Shown: one piece after another, positions 27,776-36,511 of the stretch
Position numbering within the stretch: the first letter of the stretch is position 1
Layout of the letters: each line of letters begins with the position of its first letter
DNA from: an uncultured virus (IMG/VR IMGVR_UViG_3300034071_002938)
Taxonomy: Duplodnaviria > Heunggongvirae > Uroviricota > Caudoviricetes
DNA: 64,000 bases
Strand: one strand, 5' to 3'
IMG/VR virus record: IMGVR_UViG_3300034071_002938
The notes under the pieces: model-generated
The model's database searches: none
What the model was told of the DNA's origin: nothing
The model's input: the letters and a program-made list of their open reading frames with translations, nothing else
Program-made: the position numbers and the translations under genes

Positions 27776-28137
27776 GGGCATGACAGGTTTCGACAGAGCT
27801 ATGAATCACGTGTTGCGAGTAGAGGTTGATCGGCTGGCCTCTTAAAAAGCCGATCACACGTAGCTGCGAACGAAAGCAACTACGCTCACGCCGCGCAAGC
27901 AGCCTGAGCCGTTTGGTGAGATAGTGCGGCGGATCTCACCGGGCGTCATTTAGCCGAGGCAGTCTTACACAGGGCATCCAGTGGGTAAGATCAAGGTATA
28001 TCTGGAAGCTGGTGGAGGGGTTGTCGGAACCCCCAAACCGGGATTCATCTCCAAGGGTCGGTTACCCAATAGATGATAGGCTCGTAGACGCACGTGTGGA
28101 TCGGTTCTGGACCCGGGTTCGATTCCCGGCATGTCCA
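27776..28137 (+). ncRNA. ssrA: tmRNA (one-piece); tag reading frame (A)ANESNYAHAAQAA at 27866-27907
   Basis: 5' GGGCATG..GGTTTCGAC pairs with 3' CATGTCC-A including a G3.U70 wobble; T-arm CCGGGTTCGATTCCCGG; PK1-like region then TAGCT-GCG resume context; tag ends in AA-stop. Confidence 0.93.
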
Positions 28138-28176
28138 TCTAGATAACAGGAAGGAGGCGTTATGTAACCCCCGTCC

Positions 28177-28208
28177 GAAAGGCACCCCTCGTGGGTGTCT
28201 TTCTTTTT
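28177..28208 (+). terminator. Intrinsic terminator downstream of tmRNA
   Basis: GAAAGGCACCC/GGGTGTCTTTC stem followed by TTTTT. Confidence 0.7.
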
Positions 28209-28232
28209 GCCCCTATCAGTAGGTGGAGAACT

Positions 28233-28559
28233 ATGCCAGACGACTACAAACGAGTTCCTGGTCACCCCGAGCTGATCGGAAGCCGTGTCTACTCCCCCGA
28301 CGTCGGACGGGGTTGGCTCGGATACGTGGATGGCGTGAGCCCCGCAGAGTTCATTTTTGTGGAAGCTTCTCTGGATGTTCACAGAGATATCCAGTACACC
28401 GAGATCCTAACCGTACAAGAACGAAGCACCAGCGAACTGTGGCTGGTGTTTGTTGATGAGATCTCAGGAAGTTTCAACACCTTCCTGCTGGGTCCAGATG
28501 AAGATCGTGTCATCTTTCAGGTGCCACGCCGAGTTCAACAACTATTGGAGTGCCTATGA
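28233..28559 (+). CDS. Hypothetical protein
   Basis: CCTATCAG motif and GGAG SD; ATGA-coupled to RecD2-N. Confidence 0.6.
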   Translation: MPDDYKRVPGHPELIGSRVYSPDVGRGWLGYVDGVSPAEFIFVEASLDVHRDIQYTEILTVQERSTSELWLVFVDEISGSFNTFLLGPDEDRVIFQVPRRVQQLLECL

Positions 28560-29581
28560 GTGATCTGCTGCACGGAGAGGTGACTTCCATCTCCAAGAGA
28601 TTCTGGTCGGAGGGTTGGGGGTTCGGCCAGGTACGTGTGATGAGCATCGAGAGTGAGAGCTTCCTGAAGAAGGGAGACACAATCAAAATCACTGGACCCC
28701 TCCAAGGCCTTACTGTTGGAGATCACGTAGTAGCTACTGGAGATTTCACTGAAGATTCCTACGGAGTGTCCTTCAAGTGTAAGAGCGTTTTGAAGGACAC
28801 TCCTCGAGACAAGGACAGTGCCAAGCGGTGGATCATCGATACGTTCCCGCAGATCGGTCCGCAGCGGGCTACAGAGATGATCCGTAAGTTCGGAGATAGG
28901 ATCTGGGATGTCATTGAGACGACACCCAGAGACCTCTGCTCCATCAAAGGCATCACAGCTGAGCGCGCAGATGAGATCGCCGCAGCATGGACACTTCACA
29001 AGAGCAAGCGCGAGAAGCACATGGCTCTCTATGCGATGGGTCTTACTCAGCGAGAGGCCTCTCTCGTCGATAAGACCGATCTCACTCTTGAGGAGATAAA
29101 GAAGGAACCTTTCTTCTTGTACCTCATGATCCCCTCGATGACGTTCGTTCGGTGTGACCTCATCGCCTCAAAGGCGGAGGCAGATCCGCGAAGCAACATC
29201 AGGCTTACCGCGGCCGCTGTTCAGGCAACGAAGGAGGCCGCTTACGACGGCCACACTGCGTACGACCAAGAACATATCGCAGAGGCGACCTCGAATATTG
29301 CAGAGGTGTCCACGGACTCAGGATGGCGTGGCCTTTGGGCTGCAATCGAGTGCGATTATTTGATCGTAGAGGACGAGATGGTCATGCTTCCCGCTCTTAG
29401 GGATGCAGAGCAGTTGATCGCAAGGAAGATGAGCACATTGCTCAACGAAGGAGTCAGGAATGACAATAACGCTAGACCCAACGCAGCAGCAGGCAGTGGA
29501 AATGATGATGCGGGAACCCGTAGCGATCGTGACGGGTGGCCCGGGGACGGGGAAGAGCACGATTCTGGCGACATTCCTTGA
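28556..29581 (+). CDS. RecD2-like helicase, N-terminal part (OB-fold and HhH domains)
   Basis: G.V..G.F....YG..F OB-like region; IGP.RA..MI..FG..IW.VIE..P..L..IKGI...RA..I; PF.L...FVRCD.IA; E..IA. Confidence 0.8.
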   Translation: MSDLLHGEVTSISKRFWSEGWGFGQVRVMSIESESFLKKGDTIKITGPLQGLTVGDHVVATGDFTEDSYGVSFKCKSVLKDTPRDKDSAKRWIIDTFPQIGPQRATEMIRKFGDRIWDVIETTPRDLCSIKGITAERADEIAAAWTLHKSKREKHMALYAMGLTQREASLVDKTDLTLEEIKKEPFFLYLMIPSMTFVRCDLIASKAEADPRSNIRLTAAAVQATKEAAYDGHTAYDQEHIAEATSNIAEVSTDSGWRGLWAAIECDYLIVEDEMVMLPALRDAEQLIARKMSTLLNEGVRNDNNARPNAAAGSGNDDAGTRSDRDGWPGDGEEHDSGDIP

Positions 29582-30677
29582 GCGCCTCGATCGTCGATAC
29601 TCGATCGCAATGTGTGCACCCACGGGCAAGGCCGCGAAGCGCATCGCTGAGGTGACAGGCTTTGAGGCCCAGACGGTTCACCGCATGCTCGGTGCCCAGG
29701 GCGGTTCTGGCGGCTGGGTCTTTGAAAAGAACAGGGACAACCTGCTCAGCTACAAAGTGGTCGTGTGTGACGAGTCTTCGATGCTCGACGCACAGACCTG
29801 TGCGGCCCTTGTTGATGCCGTAGGTCTGGGCACGCGCCTTTACTTTGTGGGAGATGCCAATCAGCTTCCCAGCGTGGGCCCCGGACAGGTCTTCTCAGAT
29901 CTGATCGAGAGCGGAAAGATTCCGGTTGCCCGTCTCGAGCGCGTTCATCGTGCGGCGATGGGCAGCTGGGTGTGCAGGAATGCTCCGCAGATCTTGTACG
30001 GGGACATCGAGCTTCAGAACACTACAGACTTCAAGTACTACCGTGTGCAGGATACCGAGAAGCTGGCCAAGACCGTGGTCGATCTCGTGAACGTGCAGAT
30101 GCCGAGTGCCGGGATTCCCTCCGATAGCATCCAAGTTCTCACTCCGCAGAACAGCGGTATGATCGGAGTGGAGAATCTCAACAACTTCTTGCAATCCAAG
30201 TTGAATCCGGTCGTGGATCCAGAAGCTTTGTGGAAGGTGCGGGCGAACAAGGGCACCACCTACATGCTTCGAGATAACGATCGTGTCATCGCTACGGTGA
30301 ACGACTACAACCGCGCAGTCTTCAATGGAGAATCTGGCATTCTCCGAAAGGTTGATGTACACGGGCAATCTCTTGAGATCGACTTCGACGACCGGAAGGT
30401 GGCCTATGACAAAGAAGCGGCTAGCGGACTTCGCCTGGCCTATGCCCTTACCGTCCACAAGTCGCAGGGGTCGGAGTGGGATTGGGTTGTGGTTGTTTGC
30501 CACAGCTCCCACAAGAGCATGTGGAGCAGGCAGCTCCTCTACACGGCCGTTACTCGAGCCAAGAAGGGGGTGATCCTGATTGGGGATGACATTGGACTTG
30601 GGGCAGCCCTCACGAACGATGATCCTCGAAACCGGAAGACCACCCTTGTCCGACGACTGAGAGAATGCGCGTCGTAA
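29460..30677 (+). CDS. RecD2-like SF1B helicase, catalytic part
   Basis: TGGPGTGKS, APTGKAAKR, TVHR.L, DESSM, GD.NQLPSVGPG, QVLTP, LAYALTVHKSQGSE, LYTAVTRAK. Confidence 0.92.
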   Translation: MTITLDPTQQQAVEMMMREPVAIVTGGPGTGKSTILATFLERLDRRYSIAMCAPTGKAAKRIAEVTGFEAQTVHRMLGAQGGSGGWVFEKNRDNLLSYKVVVCDESSMLDAQTCAALVDAVGLGTRLYFVGDANQLPSVGPGQVFSDLIESGKIPVARLERVHRAAMGSWVCRNAPQILYGDIELQNTTDFKYYRVQDTEKLAKTVVDLVNVQMPSAGIPSDSIQVLTPQNSGMIGVENLNNFLQSKLNPVVDPEALWKVRANKGTTYMLRDNDRVIATVNDYNRAVFNGESGILRKVDVHGQSLEIDFDDRKVAYDKEAASGLRLAYALTVHKSQGSEWDWVVVVCHSSHKSMWSRQLLYTAVTRAKKGVILIGDDIGLGAALTNDDPRNRKTTLVRRLRECAS

Positions 30678-31108
30678 TAGCGGGAAGCCGAGATCTCACA
30701 AATCTGAGGTACGTGGATCTCGGCGTCTACGTGTTCGAGCGCGTGCACAAATGGGGAAAGGTTGTGCAGGTCGTAAGCGGTGGTGCTCCGGGAATAGACT
30801 CGCTGGGCGAGGACTACTCGTTTGAGCACGATCTCTGTCTCAAGCGGTTCCCTGTCAGCAAGATGGAGTGGGACCTACTGGGACCTTCGGCTGGGCACCT
30901 GCGTAATGGTAAGATGGCCAGATACGCTGATGCCCTGATCGCCATATGGGACGGGTCATCTCCTGGTACGCGCAACATGATCGGCCAGATGATCGAGTTG
31001 GGTAAGCCAGTAACAGTGCTCCATGTTCTGAAGAGGATGAATGACGACCCGCAACTTCCAGACGCCGCAGTCCGTAAAAGAGGCTCGCGCACGAAAACGA
31101 GTCCTTGA
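30665..31108 (+). CDS. SLOG superfamily (YspA/DUF2493-like) protein
   Basis: RVVIAGSRD, VVSGGA.G.D..GE, AG..RN..MA..ADALIA.WDG.S.GT..MI. Confidence 0.85.
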   Translation: MRVVIAGSRDLTNLRYVDLGVYVFERVHKWGKVVQVVSGGAPGIDSLGEDYSFEHDLCLKRFPVSKMEWDLLGPSAGHLRNGKMARYADALIAIWDGSSPGTRNMIGQMIELGKPVTVLHVLKRMNDDPQLPDAAVRKRGSRTKTSP

Positions 31109-31439
31109 GGGAGACATCCTCAACATAGAGAGGCAGCTAGGGGAGGCTACCCGCACGGAGTACGGACGATCTATGCCAGCGTCCGATTACCGCGTGTGGA
31201 GAGCAAAAGCCCATAGCAGTCTCGTCTATAAGAAAGAGGAGCAATGCTTCTTGAAGGACTGGATCGCTGATCGGAGGCGTGAGATTGAGGCTGGGAAGCT
31301 CGGTATCTACAAGCACAACACAGCCGAGGATCTTCTTCAGAAAACGTTGTGTGAGTTGAAGAAGTTGGGCCGAGATGAGCCGACTCGCATTACGGCGCTG
31401 ATGCACGCAATAGAGATGTTCCTGAAACACGAGGCCTGA
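31041..31439 (+). CDS. Hypothetical helical protein
   Basis: GAGGA SD; 132 aa. Confidence 0.55.
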   Translation: MTTRNFQTPQSVKEARARKRVLEGDILNIERQLGEATRTEYGRSMPASDYRVWRAKAHSSLVYKKEEQCFLKDWIADRRREIEAGKLGIYKHNTAEDLLQKTLCELKKLGRDEPTRITALMHAIEMFLKHEA

Positions 31440-31440
31440 C

Positions 31441-31953
31441 ATGAAGGATGCACTGCTGTACCTAAAAGCGGTGCCTCGTCAGGTACCCCTGATCTGGTTT
31501 ATCGGACATCCCGGTAGAACCTGGTTCGTAGATCAATCCGATATCGCCAATGTCCTAGAAACGCTTCGATCCGCTCGGATGTTCCACCCCGTCCACACTG
31601 CCGGATGGGGATTCGATGCGGCCGTATCGGAGATGTCTCGGATTCTGGGGCTAGTCACAGCCGAGGCTCCCTCATTGAGCGTAGATGATGAGCAGAGGGT
31701 CAGCAGAGACCCTGATACCGTGTTCGCTGTTGATATGATCGTTGCGTTTCCCGAAGAAGAAACGCTTGAGCCTGACAGGCTTGGTAGACCTACCGGATCT
31801 GTCAGAAAGTTGGGCTGGGAGACAGCAGACCCAAGCCTTACCAATGCCATCAGTGCAGGGGGCGTACCCGTGCTGGTGGTCTATCGAACTGGAGAGACGA
31901 CATGGATAAGATCAAGTTCAGCGCAGAAGACATCAACTCATTCCGCGCAATGA
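31441..31953 (+). CDS. Hypothetical protein, possibly a degenerate SLOG fold
   Basis: I.FIG..GR, H.A.WGFD.A, D.IVAFP, VPVLVV pattern. Confidence 0.4.
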   Translation: MKDALLYLKAVPRQVPLIWFIGHPGRTWFVDQSDIANVLETLRSARMFHPVHTAGWGFDAAVSEMSRILGLVTAEAPSLSVDDEQRVSRDPDTVFAVDMIVAFPEEETLEPDRLGRPTGSVRKLGWETADPSLTNAISAGGVPVLVVYRTGETTWIRSSSAQKTSTHSAQ

Positions 31954-32636
31954 AGCGTGACGAGATCTTCGCGCTTTTGGTGAGGGAGGCCCCAGAGGCA
32001 GCCAAGGGCAAGTCCCGGGCAAAGAAGGACGAGCTTCTCGAGATCCTTCAGGGGCTGACTGGGAGTGAGACCTGGGCTGAGCGAAATGCCCGTGCAGACG
32101 CCGCCATTGAAGAGCTGGAGGGTGCTTCTGCTGAGGCGGCCGCCGCCATGAAGGAGGCTGGTGTTTCCTTGGACCAGGATTACGCCAAGATGCTTCGGGA
32201 TGGAGAGGCGGGCCTGGTTACGGCCAACCCGGCTCAGGGCTCAAGCAGCCCATCTGGATTGCTTCCGCGAGAACCCCGTCTTCAGTACCTGAACGCTGCG
32301 AAGAAGATCATCGAGGACAACTCGGATCTTCAGGTCGATTACTCCGCCCTGGAAGTCCGCACGGCGCAGGCCATCGCCGCAGAATCGATCACCCAACCCA
32401 CCGAGACTTCGTTGGTGGGAGCGCCTGAGGTACCTGGTGTTCGGTACACTCGTAGGGAGGAGGTTCTTCGTCAGCTGTCTGGTCTGGACAAGGATCAGCT
32501 TGCGCTGCTGTCTCGCTACAAGGATCTCCCACCGCTCAATCGAGTCATGCGTCGGCATCGCGAATCCCTGTCTCGTCGAATCCAGAGGTTTCTTCCCAAG
32601 GGAGTTGAGATCTACGAAGCTGTGGCGGTGCTGTGA
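31902..32636 (+). CDS. Hypothetical protein with Rho-N-like N-terminal helical motif
   Basis: GGAGA SD; MKRDE.......KS.AKKDELLEIL. Confidence 0.55.
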   Translation: MDKIKFSAEDINSFRAMKRDEIFALLVREAPEAAKGKSRAKKDELLEILQGLTGSETWAERNARADAAIEELEGASAEAAAAMKEAGVSLDQDYAKMLRDGEAGLVTANPAQGSSSPSGLLPREPRLQYLNAAKKIIEDNSDLQVDYSALEVRTAQAIAAESITQPTETSLVGAPEVPGVRYTRREEVLRQLSGLDKDQLALLSRYKDLPPLNRVMRRHRESLSRRIQRFLPKGVEIYEAVAVL

Positions 32637-33046
32637 GCAACGTGATCGTGTGCTCGGAATACGGCGTCAACCCGAGCCTGGAGAAGTGCTACTTCTGCGG
32701 CAAGGACTCGGGTGTTGTCCTCTTCGGCTCTCTCCCGGTAAGTCGGTACGAGAAGATGTTCGGTCACAAGCCGTCCGAGCATAAGAACGGCAAGGCCCAG
32801 GCTCCTAAGAGCGTGGTCAGCAGCCTTACTCCCTGCAAGGACTGTGAGGCCTTCAAGGATATGTCGTCCAAGGGATGCATCCTCATTCGGAGCCAAGGCG
32901 GCTCATTCACCATGGACCATGTCGTGATCACTGACGAGGCCGTCATGAGGACGTTCACGGACAAGGCGGCGAAAGACGTGATCAAGCATCGGATGGCAGT
33001 TCTGGAAAATGATGTCTGGAAGGACCTGGGCCTTCCAGTGCACTGA
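32633..33046 (+). CDS. Zinc-binding hypothetical protein
   Basis: GVNP....CYFCG ... PCKDC. Confidence 0.6.
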   Translation: MSNVIVCSEYGVNPSLEKCYFCGKDSGVVLFGSLPVSRYEKMFGHKPSEHKNGKAQAPKSVVSSLTPCKDCEAFKDMSSKGCILIRSQGGSFTMDHVVITDEAVMRTFTDKAAKDVIKHRMAVLENDVWKDLGLPVH

Positions 33047-33093
33047 TCGGAGAGGAGGGCAACCTCCTCTTTTTGCTTCGTATTGAGGTGGCT

Positions 33094-33291
33094 ATGCATA
33101 ATCAGCGTGCGTTGGATTTGAAGATAGGTACAAAGATCTTGGTTAAGACGAGTTCTGGTGAGTGGGCTTCGGCCAAGGTAGCAGGTAAGCCGACGATAAC
33201 CTGTGGGAAGGTCAATGTGCCTGTCCGCTTGGAAAGCGGTGTCCATTGGACGGTGCGTTCCACCGGTGTTCGGTCGATCGGTCATGGGTGA
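33094..33291 (+). CDS. Small hypothetical protein (possibly SH3-like beta fold)
   Basis: GAGG SD; LKIGTKILV...W..AKV. Confidence 0.45.
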   Translation: MHNQRALDLKIGTKILVKTSSGEWASAKVAGKPTITCGKVNVPVRLESGVHWTVRSTGVRSIGHG

Positions 33292-33329
33292 GGCCGGGAT
33301 TTCCCCTATAAGCAGTAGAAGGAGACTCT

Positions 33330-34370
33330 ATGAAAAACATCATGATCTTGTCGATCCTACTGGTTGGCTGTGGTGAGCAGACGTTCTTCACTGACGCCGG
33401 ATATTCGGCGGACGTGGTGATCACACCGGACGCAGGCGCTGTCGATGCGCCCTACCAAAACGATGCGGGCGTACCAGACGCACCGATCTATCCGGATGCC
33501 TGGATGGCCCTACCCGACTCCGGCGTTGATGCATTCGCCGCAGCGCCTGATGCCTATGTGGCTATCCCGGATGCGCAAGCTCCGGATGCGTTCGTTACGC
33601 CTGACGCCGCAGCAGCGGACTCAGGCCCTCGACGTCCTCGAGGCCGCCCTGTTGACATCACGGGTAACGCCTGTGGTCTCGATGAGGATGGCGCTTTTTG
33701 GTGCTGGGAAACCGGCATCACGGTGTGGTTCGGCGACGGGTTCGATAGTGCCTCGGGCTCATGCGCGTTGCGTGGATCTGAGGTCTGGTGTGCTGACACC
33801 AGCACAACAACCATGCGTGCCGTCACAGATGGTGCTCCGCTACGCCTAGATAGCATCGCAGAGTATAGCGATCGTGCCTTTGGTTGCGGGGTTGGAGCCG
33901 CAGGTGTTCTGTGTTGGACCAACGGCGTGGTCACCGTACGTGACGGCAGCGGTGCGAACTCGGTCGGGGTGATGGCGCCTGGTGCTCGTGATTGGGCATT
34001 GGCTCGCCGACCAGCCCTTCCCCTTTACTTCTCGACGGTCAATACACAGCTCTTCGATATCAACCCTACTGGGGTTTGCCGGACAGATCTTGGCAGCCCG
34101 CGTACGAACTGTACGAGGTATGGCGGATCAGGGGCCACCTATCTCGGGCTTGCTGCTCCAAACAGCATCCTCGGTTTCGGGCAGCTCTGCACACCGAGTA
34201 GCAGCGAAGTGGGCTGCTTCGGTGGCTTCACCTTCTCAGCTCCGGGCCTGATCGACTCAGCGATCTTCGGAAGTGTTGTGGGCGGCCGAAGCACCTGGGG
34301 CGTGTGCGTCAGCGGTACAGACCTGCGCTGCTATGACTCGGACGGGACCTACCGAGTCATCCCTTGGTGA
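33330..34370 (+). CDS. Lipoprotein with PDA/DAG linker repeats and Cys-paired RCC1-like/beta-propeller domain
   Basis: Signal peptide with lipobox LVG-C; repeated PDA/DAG; AC.L...G..WCW, CAL....V.C and FGC.V...GV.CW repeats; own CCTATAAG leader. Confidence 0.7.
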   Translation: MKNIMILSILLVGCGEQTFFTDAGYSADVVITPDAGAVDAPYQNDAGVPDAPIYPDAWMALPDSGVDAFAAAPDAYVAIPDAQAPDAFVTPDAAAADSGPRRPRGRPVDITGNACGLDEDGAFWCWETGITVWFGDGFDSASGSCALRGSEVWCADTSTTTMRAVTDGAPLRLDSIAEYSDRAFGCGVGAAGVLCWTNGVVTVRDGSGANSVGVMAPGARDWALARRPALPLYFSTVNTQLFDINPTGVCRTDLGSPRTNCTRYGGSGATYLGLAAPNSILGFGQLCTPSSSEVGCFGGFTFSAPGLIDSAIFGSVVGGRSTWGVCVSGTDLRCYDSDGTYRVIPW

Positions 34371-34427
34371 ACCGAAAGAAGATCGCTATAGCGGTCTTCT
34401 TTTTGCCTATCAGCTGTTGGAGGATCT

Positions 34428-35069
34428 ATGAAAACCTTGCCAACAGAAGAGGCCGTAGCCAAAGCATTCGAGATCGTGTCAAGGATCGGTGAGAGATACG
34501 AAATACCTCTTCCAGGTGATGACAGCGTTGTGCCCTTTCGAGGACCGACTGGGGAGGCCGACTTCCGTGTCAGCGATGTTGAGGCCGTGCTGCACGAACT
34601 TGCTCACTGTGTCGTCGCGGATATCCCAATCACGGAGACCCTCGTACGCGATATCCCGGCAACCCTCGATACATATGGGAGTGATCTCTCTCGCTGGGTA
34701 GATGAGCTTCAATCGATCTCAATAACTCACGAGGTGATGCGGATGCTCGGCATCGCAGTGGAGACATCGGACGCAGCAGACGATATCAATGAACAAGCCA
34801 GTAGGCTCAAGGAAGTCGAGTTCTCGGACATCGCAGAGAACGAGCTTGTCTACATCGATGAGTTCATCCAGACACCCGGTGGTCGCCTCGCCGTATGGAA
34901 GTTGGCGAAGATCATCGGCATACCTTGTGCGGAACCAACCGTGGAGTCGGAACTCCAAATCGCCCTCGAGCAGAACTCAGCGCGCTGTCTCGACGACACC
35001 GCAGACAGGGAGTTTCTGTATCACGAGATCCTCAGTGCAATCAGGCCCTTTGTTAGGAGTGCTCAATGA
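34428..35069 (+). CDS. HExxH motif protein (possible zinc metallopeptidase-like)
   Basis: VLHELAH with downstream E; CCTATCAG-GGAGG leader. Confidence 0.5.
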   Translation: MKTLPTEEAVAKAFEIVSRIGERYEIPLPGDDSVVPFRGPTGEADFRVSDVEAVLHELAHCVVADIPITETLVRDIPATLDTYGSDLSRWVDELQSISITHEVMRMLGIAVETSDAADDINEQASRLKEVEFSDIAENELVYIDEFIQTPGGRLAVWKLAKIIGIPCAEPTVESELQIALEQNSARCLDDTADREFLYHEILSAIRPFVRSAQ

Positions 35070-35698
35070 TCATCGACGTTTCAGGCAATACACCGATCTA
35101 CATCAACTTCGACCTTGAGACCACAGGGCCGCATCCCGACCACTCAGCGATCCTGAGCATCGGTGCTGTTGCTGTGAGTGAGGCACAGCTTCCCATCGGG
35201 GTACCCAAGACCTTCCAACAGAACATGAAGGTCCCAAGGAATCGTTTCTGGGACAAGGAAACAGAGCGCTGGTGGGAGTTGCACCCAGAGGCTCTCAAAG
35301 AGACGTACAGAAACGCATTGGAGCCACGTGTCAGCATGCGGAGGTTCGTGATCTGGCTCAGCCTACTCATGCAGAACGAATCGCCAATCTGCTTTGTTGC
35401 AAGCCCCTCGAGCTTCGACTGGCCCATCATTCGATCGTACGCCAGCGAGTATGAGCCTGATGTGTGGTTCGCCTTGCTCGAGGCCAGCGGAAACAAGGAT
35501 GCGGTCAGGTGCCTCGATCTCCCGACGTTGGCGATGGCTGTACGGAATACACCTTTCCCGCAGAGCGGCCGCAAGTACTGGCCGGAAGCCTGGACCCCAG
35601 AGGATCTTCCGCACACCCACAAGGCTCTCGATGATGCGACGCTTCAGTCGCATGCATTCTGCTCAATGATGGCAACTCTCGGAAGGATCATGCAGTGA
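35066..35698 (+). CDS. DEDDh 3'-5' exoribonuclease (Rv2179c/RNase AS-like)
   Basis: FDLET.G......ILSIGAV, T.RWW, SFDWPII, H.ALDDA..Q. Confidence 0.85.
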   Translation: MIIDVSGNTPIYINFDLETTGPHPDHSAILSIGAVAVSEAQLPIGVPKTFQQNMKVPRNRFWDKETERWWELHPEALKETYRNALEPRVSMRRFVIWLSLLMQNESPICFVASPSSFDWPIIRSYASEYEPDVWFALLEASGNKDAVRCLDLPTLAMAVRNTPFPQSGRKYWPEAWTPEDLPHTHKALDDATLQSHAFCSMMATLGRIMQ

Positions 35699-35850
35699 AC
35701 AACGAGCTTAGGGAGGAGCCCTTCGACGCATGGCCCTTGGTGGTCCTGGCGCTTGTCTTCCTGTTCATGGTCATCTCGGTTTCATCCAGGGATCAAGCAC
35801 CGCCAATCACGAGGGACCCCGCATGGCGGACCGAGCCTGCGCACTGGTAG
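35695..35850 (+). CDS. 51-aa single-TM membrane protein (not in ORF track)
   Basis: GTGA overlap; WPLVVLALVFLFMVISV hydrophobic segment. Confidence 0.45.
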   Translation: MNNELREEPFDAWPLVVLALVFLFMVISVSSRDQAPPITRDPAWRTEPAHW

Positions 35851-36440
35851 GTGTTGATGAAAGCGGGACCGGTGCGTGGGCCGGTCCTTTTACCGTGTGC
35901 GCATATGCCTCTCGAGCAGGAGACGATCTTGAGCTGATACGGCTCGGCGCCAAGGACTCAAAGAAGCTGACGGATAAGAGGCGGAGAGCCTGTTTCGATG
36001 ATCTCGCATCGTTCGCAATGGCAGCTCACTGTTCTGTGGTGGAAGTTGAGGACATTCGTCGAGTAGGACTTCGTCAGGCATGGAGGGAGGCCGTCGTGAA
36101 CTCCATCCTGTCCGTCGTATCGATCGTTGGTCCGTCTGAGATCACAGTAGATGGGAATGCGGATAGCTGGGTTCGGCAGCACCTAAGCAAGCAGATAGGA
36201 ACCTTGTCGTTCGCGCCTAAGGCTGACGAGAATGTTCCAGTTGTAGGTGCTGCCAGCATCCTGGCGAAGACGATCAGAAATGACAGAATGATCGATCTAC
36301 ACAACGTGTATCCTGAATACGGGTGGGATCGGAACTTTGGCTATGGTAGCCCAGAGCATGAAACGATCCTGAACAAGATCGGAAAGACTGAACAGCATAG
36401 ACCCTGGAAGAATCTAGAGGCGATCTCATTGAGGTCGTAA
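35823..36440 (+). CDS. rnhB: Ribonuclease HII
   Basis: GVDESG.GAWAGP, KDSKKL, VDGN, KAD.....V.AASILAK..R, YP.YGW..N.GYG..EH, HR. Confidence 0.92.
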   Translation: MADRACALVGVDESGTGAWAGPFTVCAYASRAGDDLELIRLGAKDSKKLTDKRRRACFDDLASFAMAAHCSVVEVEDIRRVGLRQAWREAVVNSILSVVSIVGPSEITVDGNADSWVRQHLSKQIGTLSFAPKADENVPVVGAASILAKTIRNDRMIDLHNVYPEYGWDRNFGYGSPEHETILNKIGKTEQHRPWKNLEAISLRS

Positions 36441-36511
36441 ACTGGACAACATACTTGCGATGCCGTAGAGACAGCGTAAGTACTTTAGGATCTGTTTGGA
36501 CGAGGAAACAC

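Noticed and set aside
27501..27845. 114-aa ORF upstream of and overlapping the tmRNA
   Set aside because: Runs into the tmRNA 5' domain, weak start, atypical composition.
28100..28140. tRNA-like 3' end as a separate tRNA
   Set aside because: It pairs with GGGCATG at 27776 and belongs to the tmRNA.
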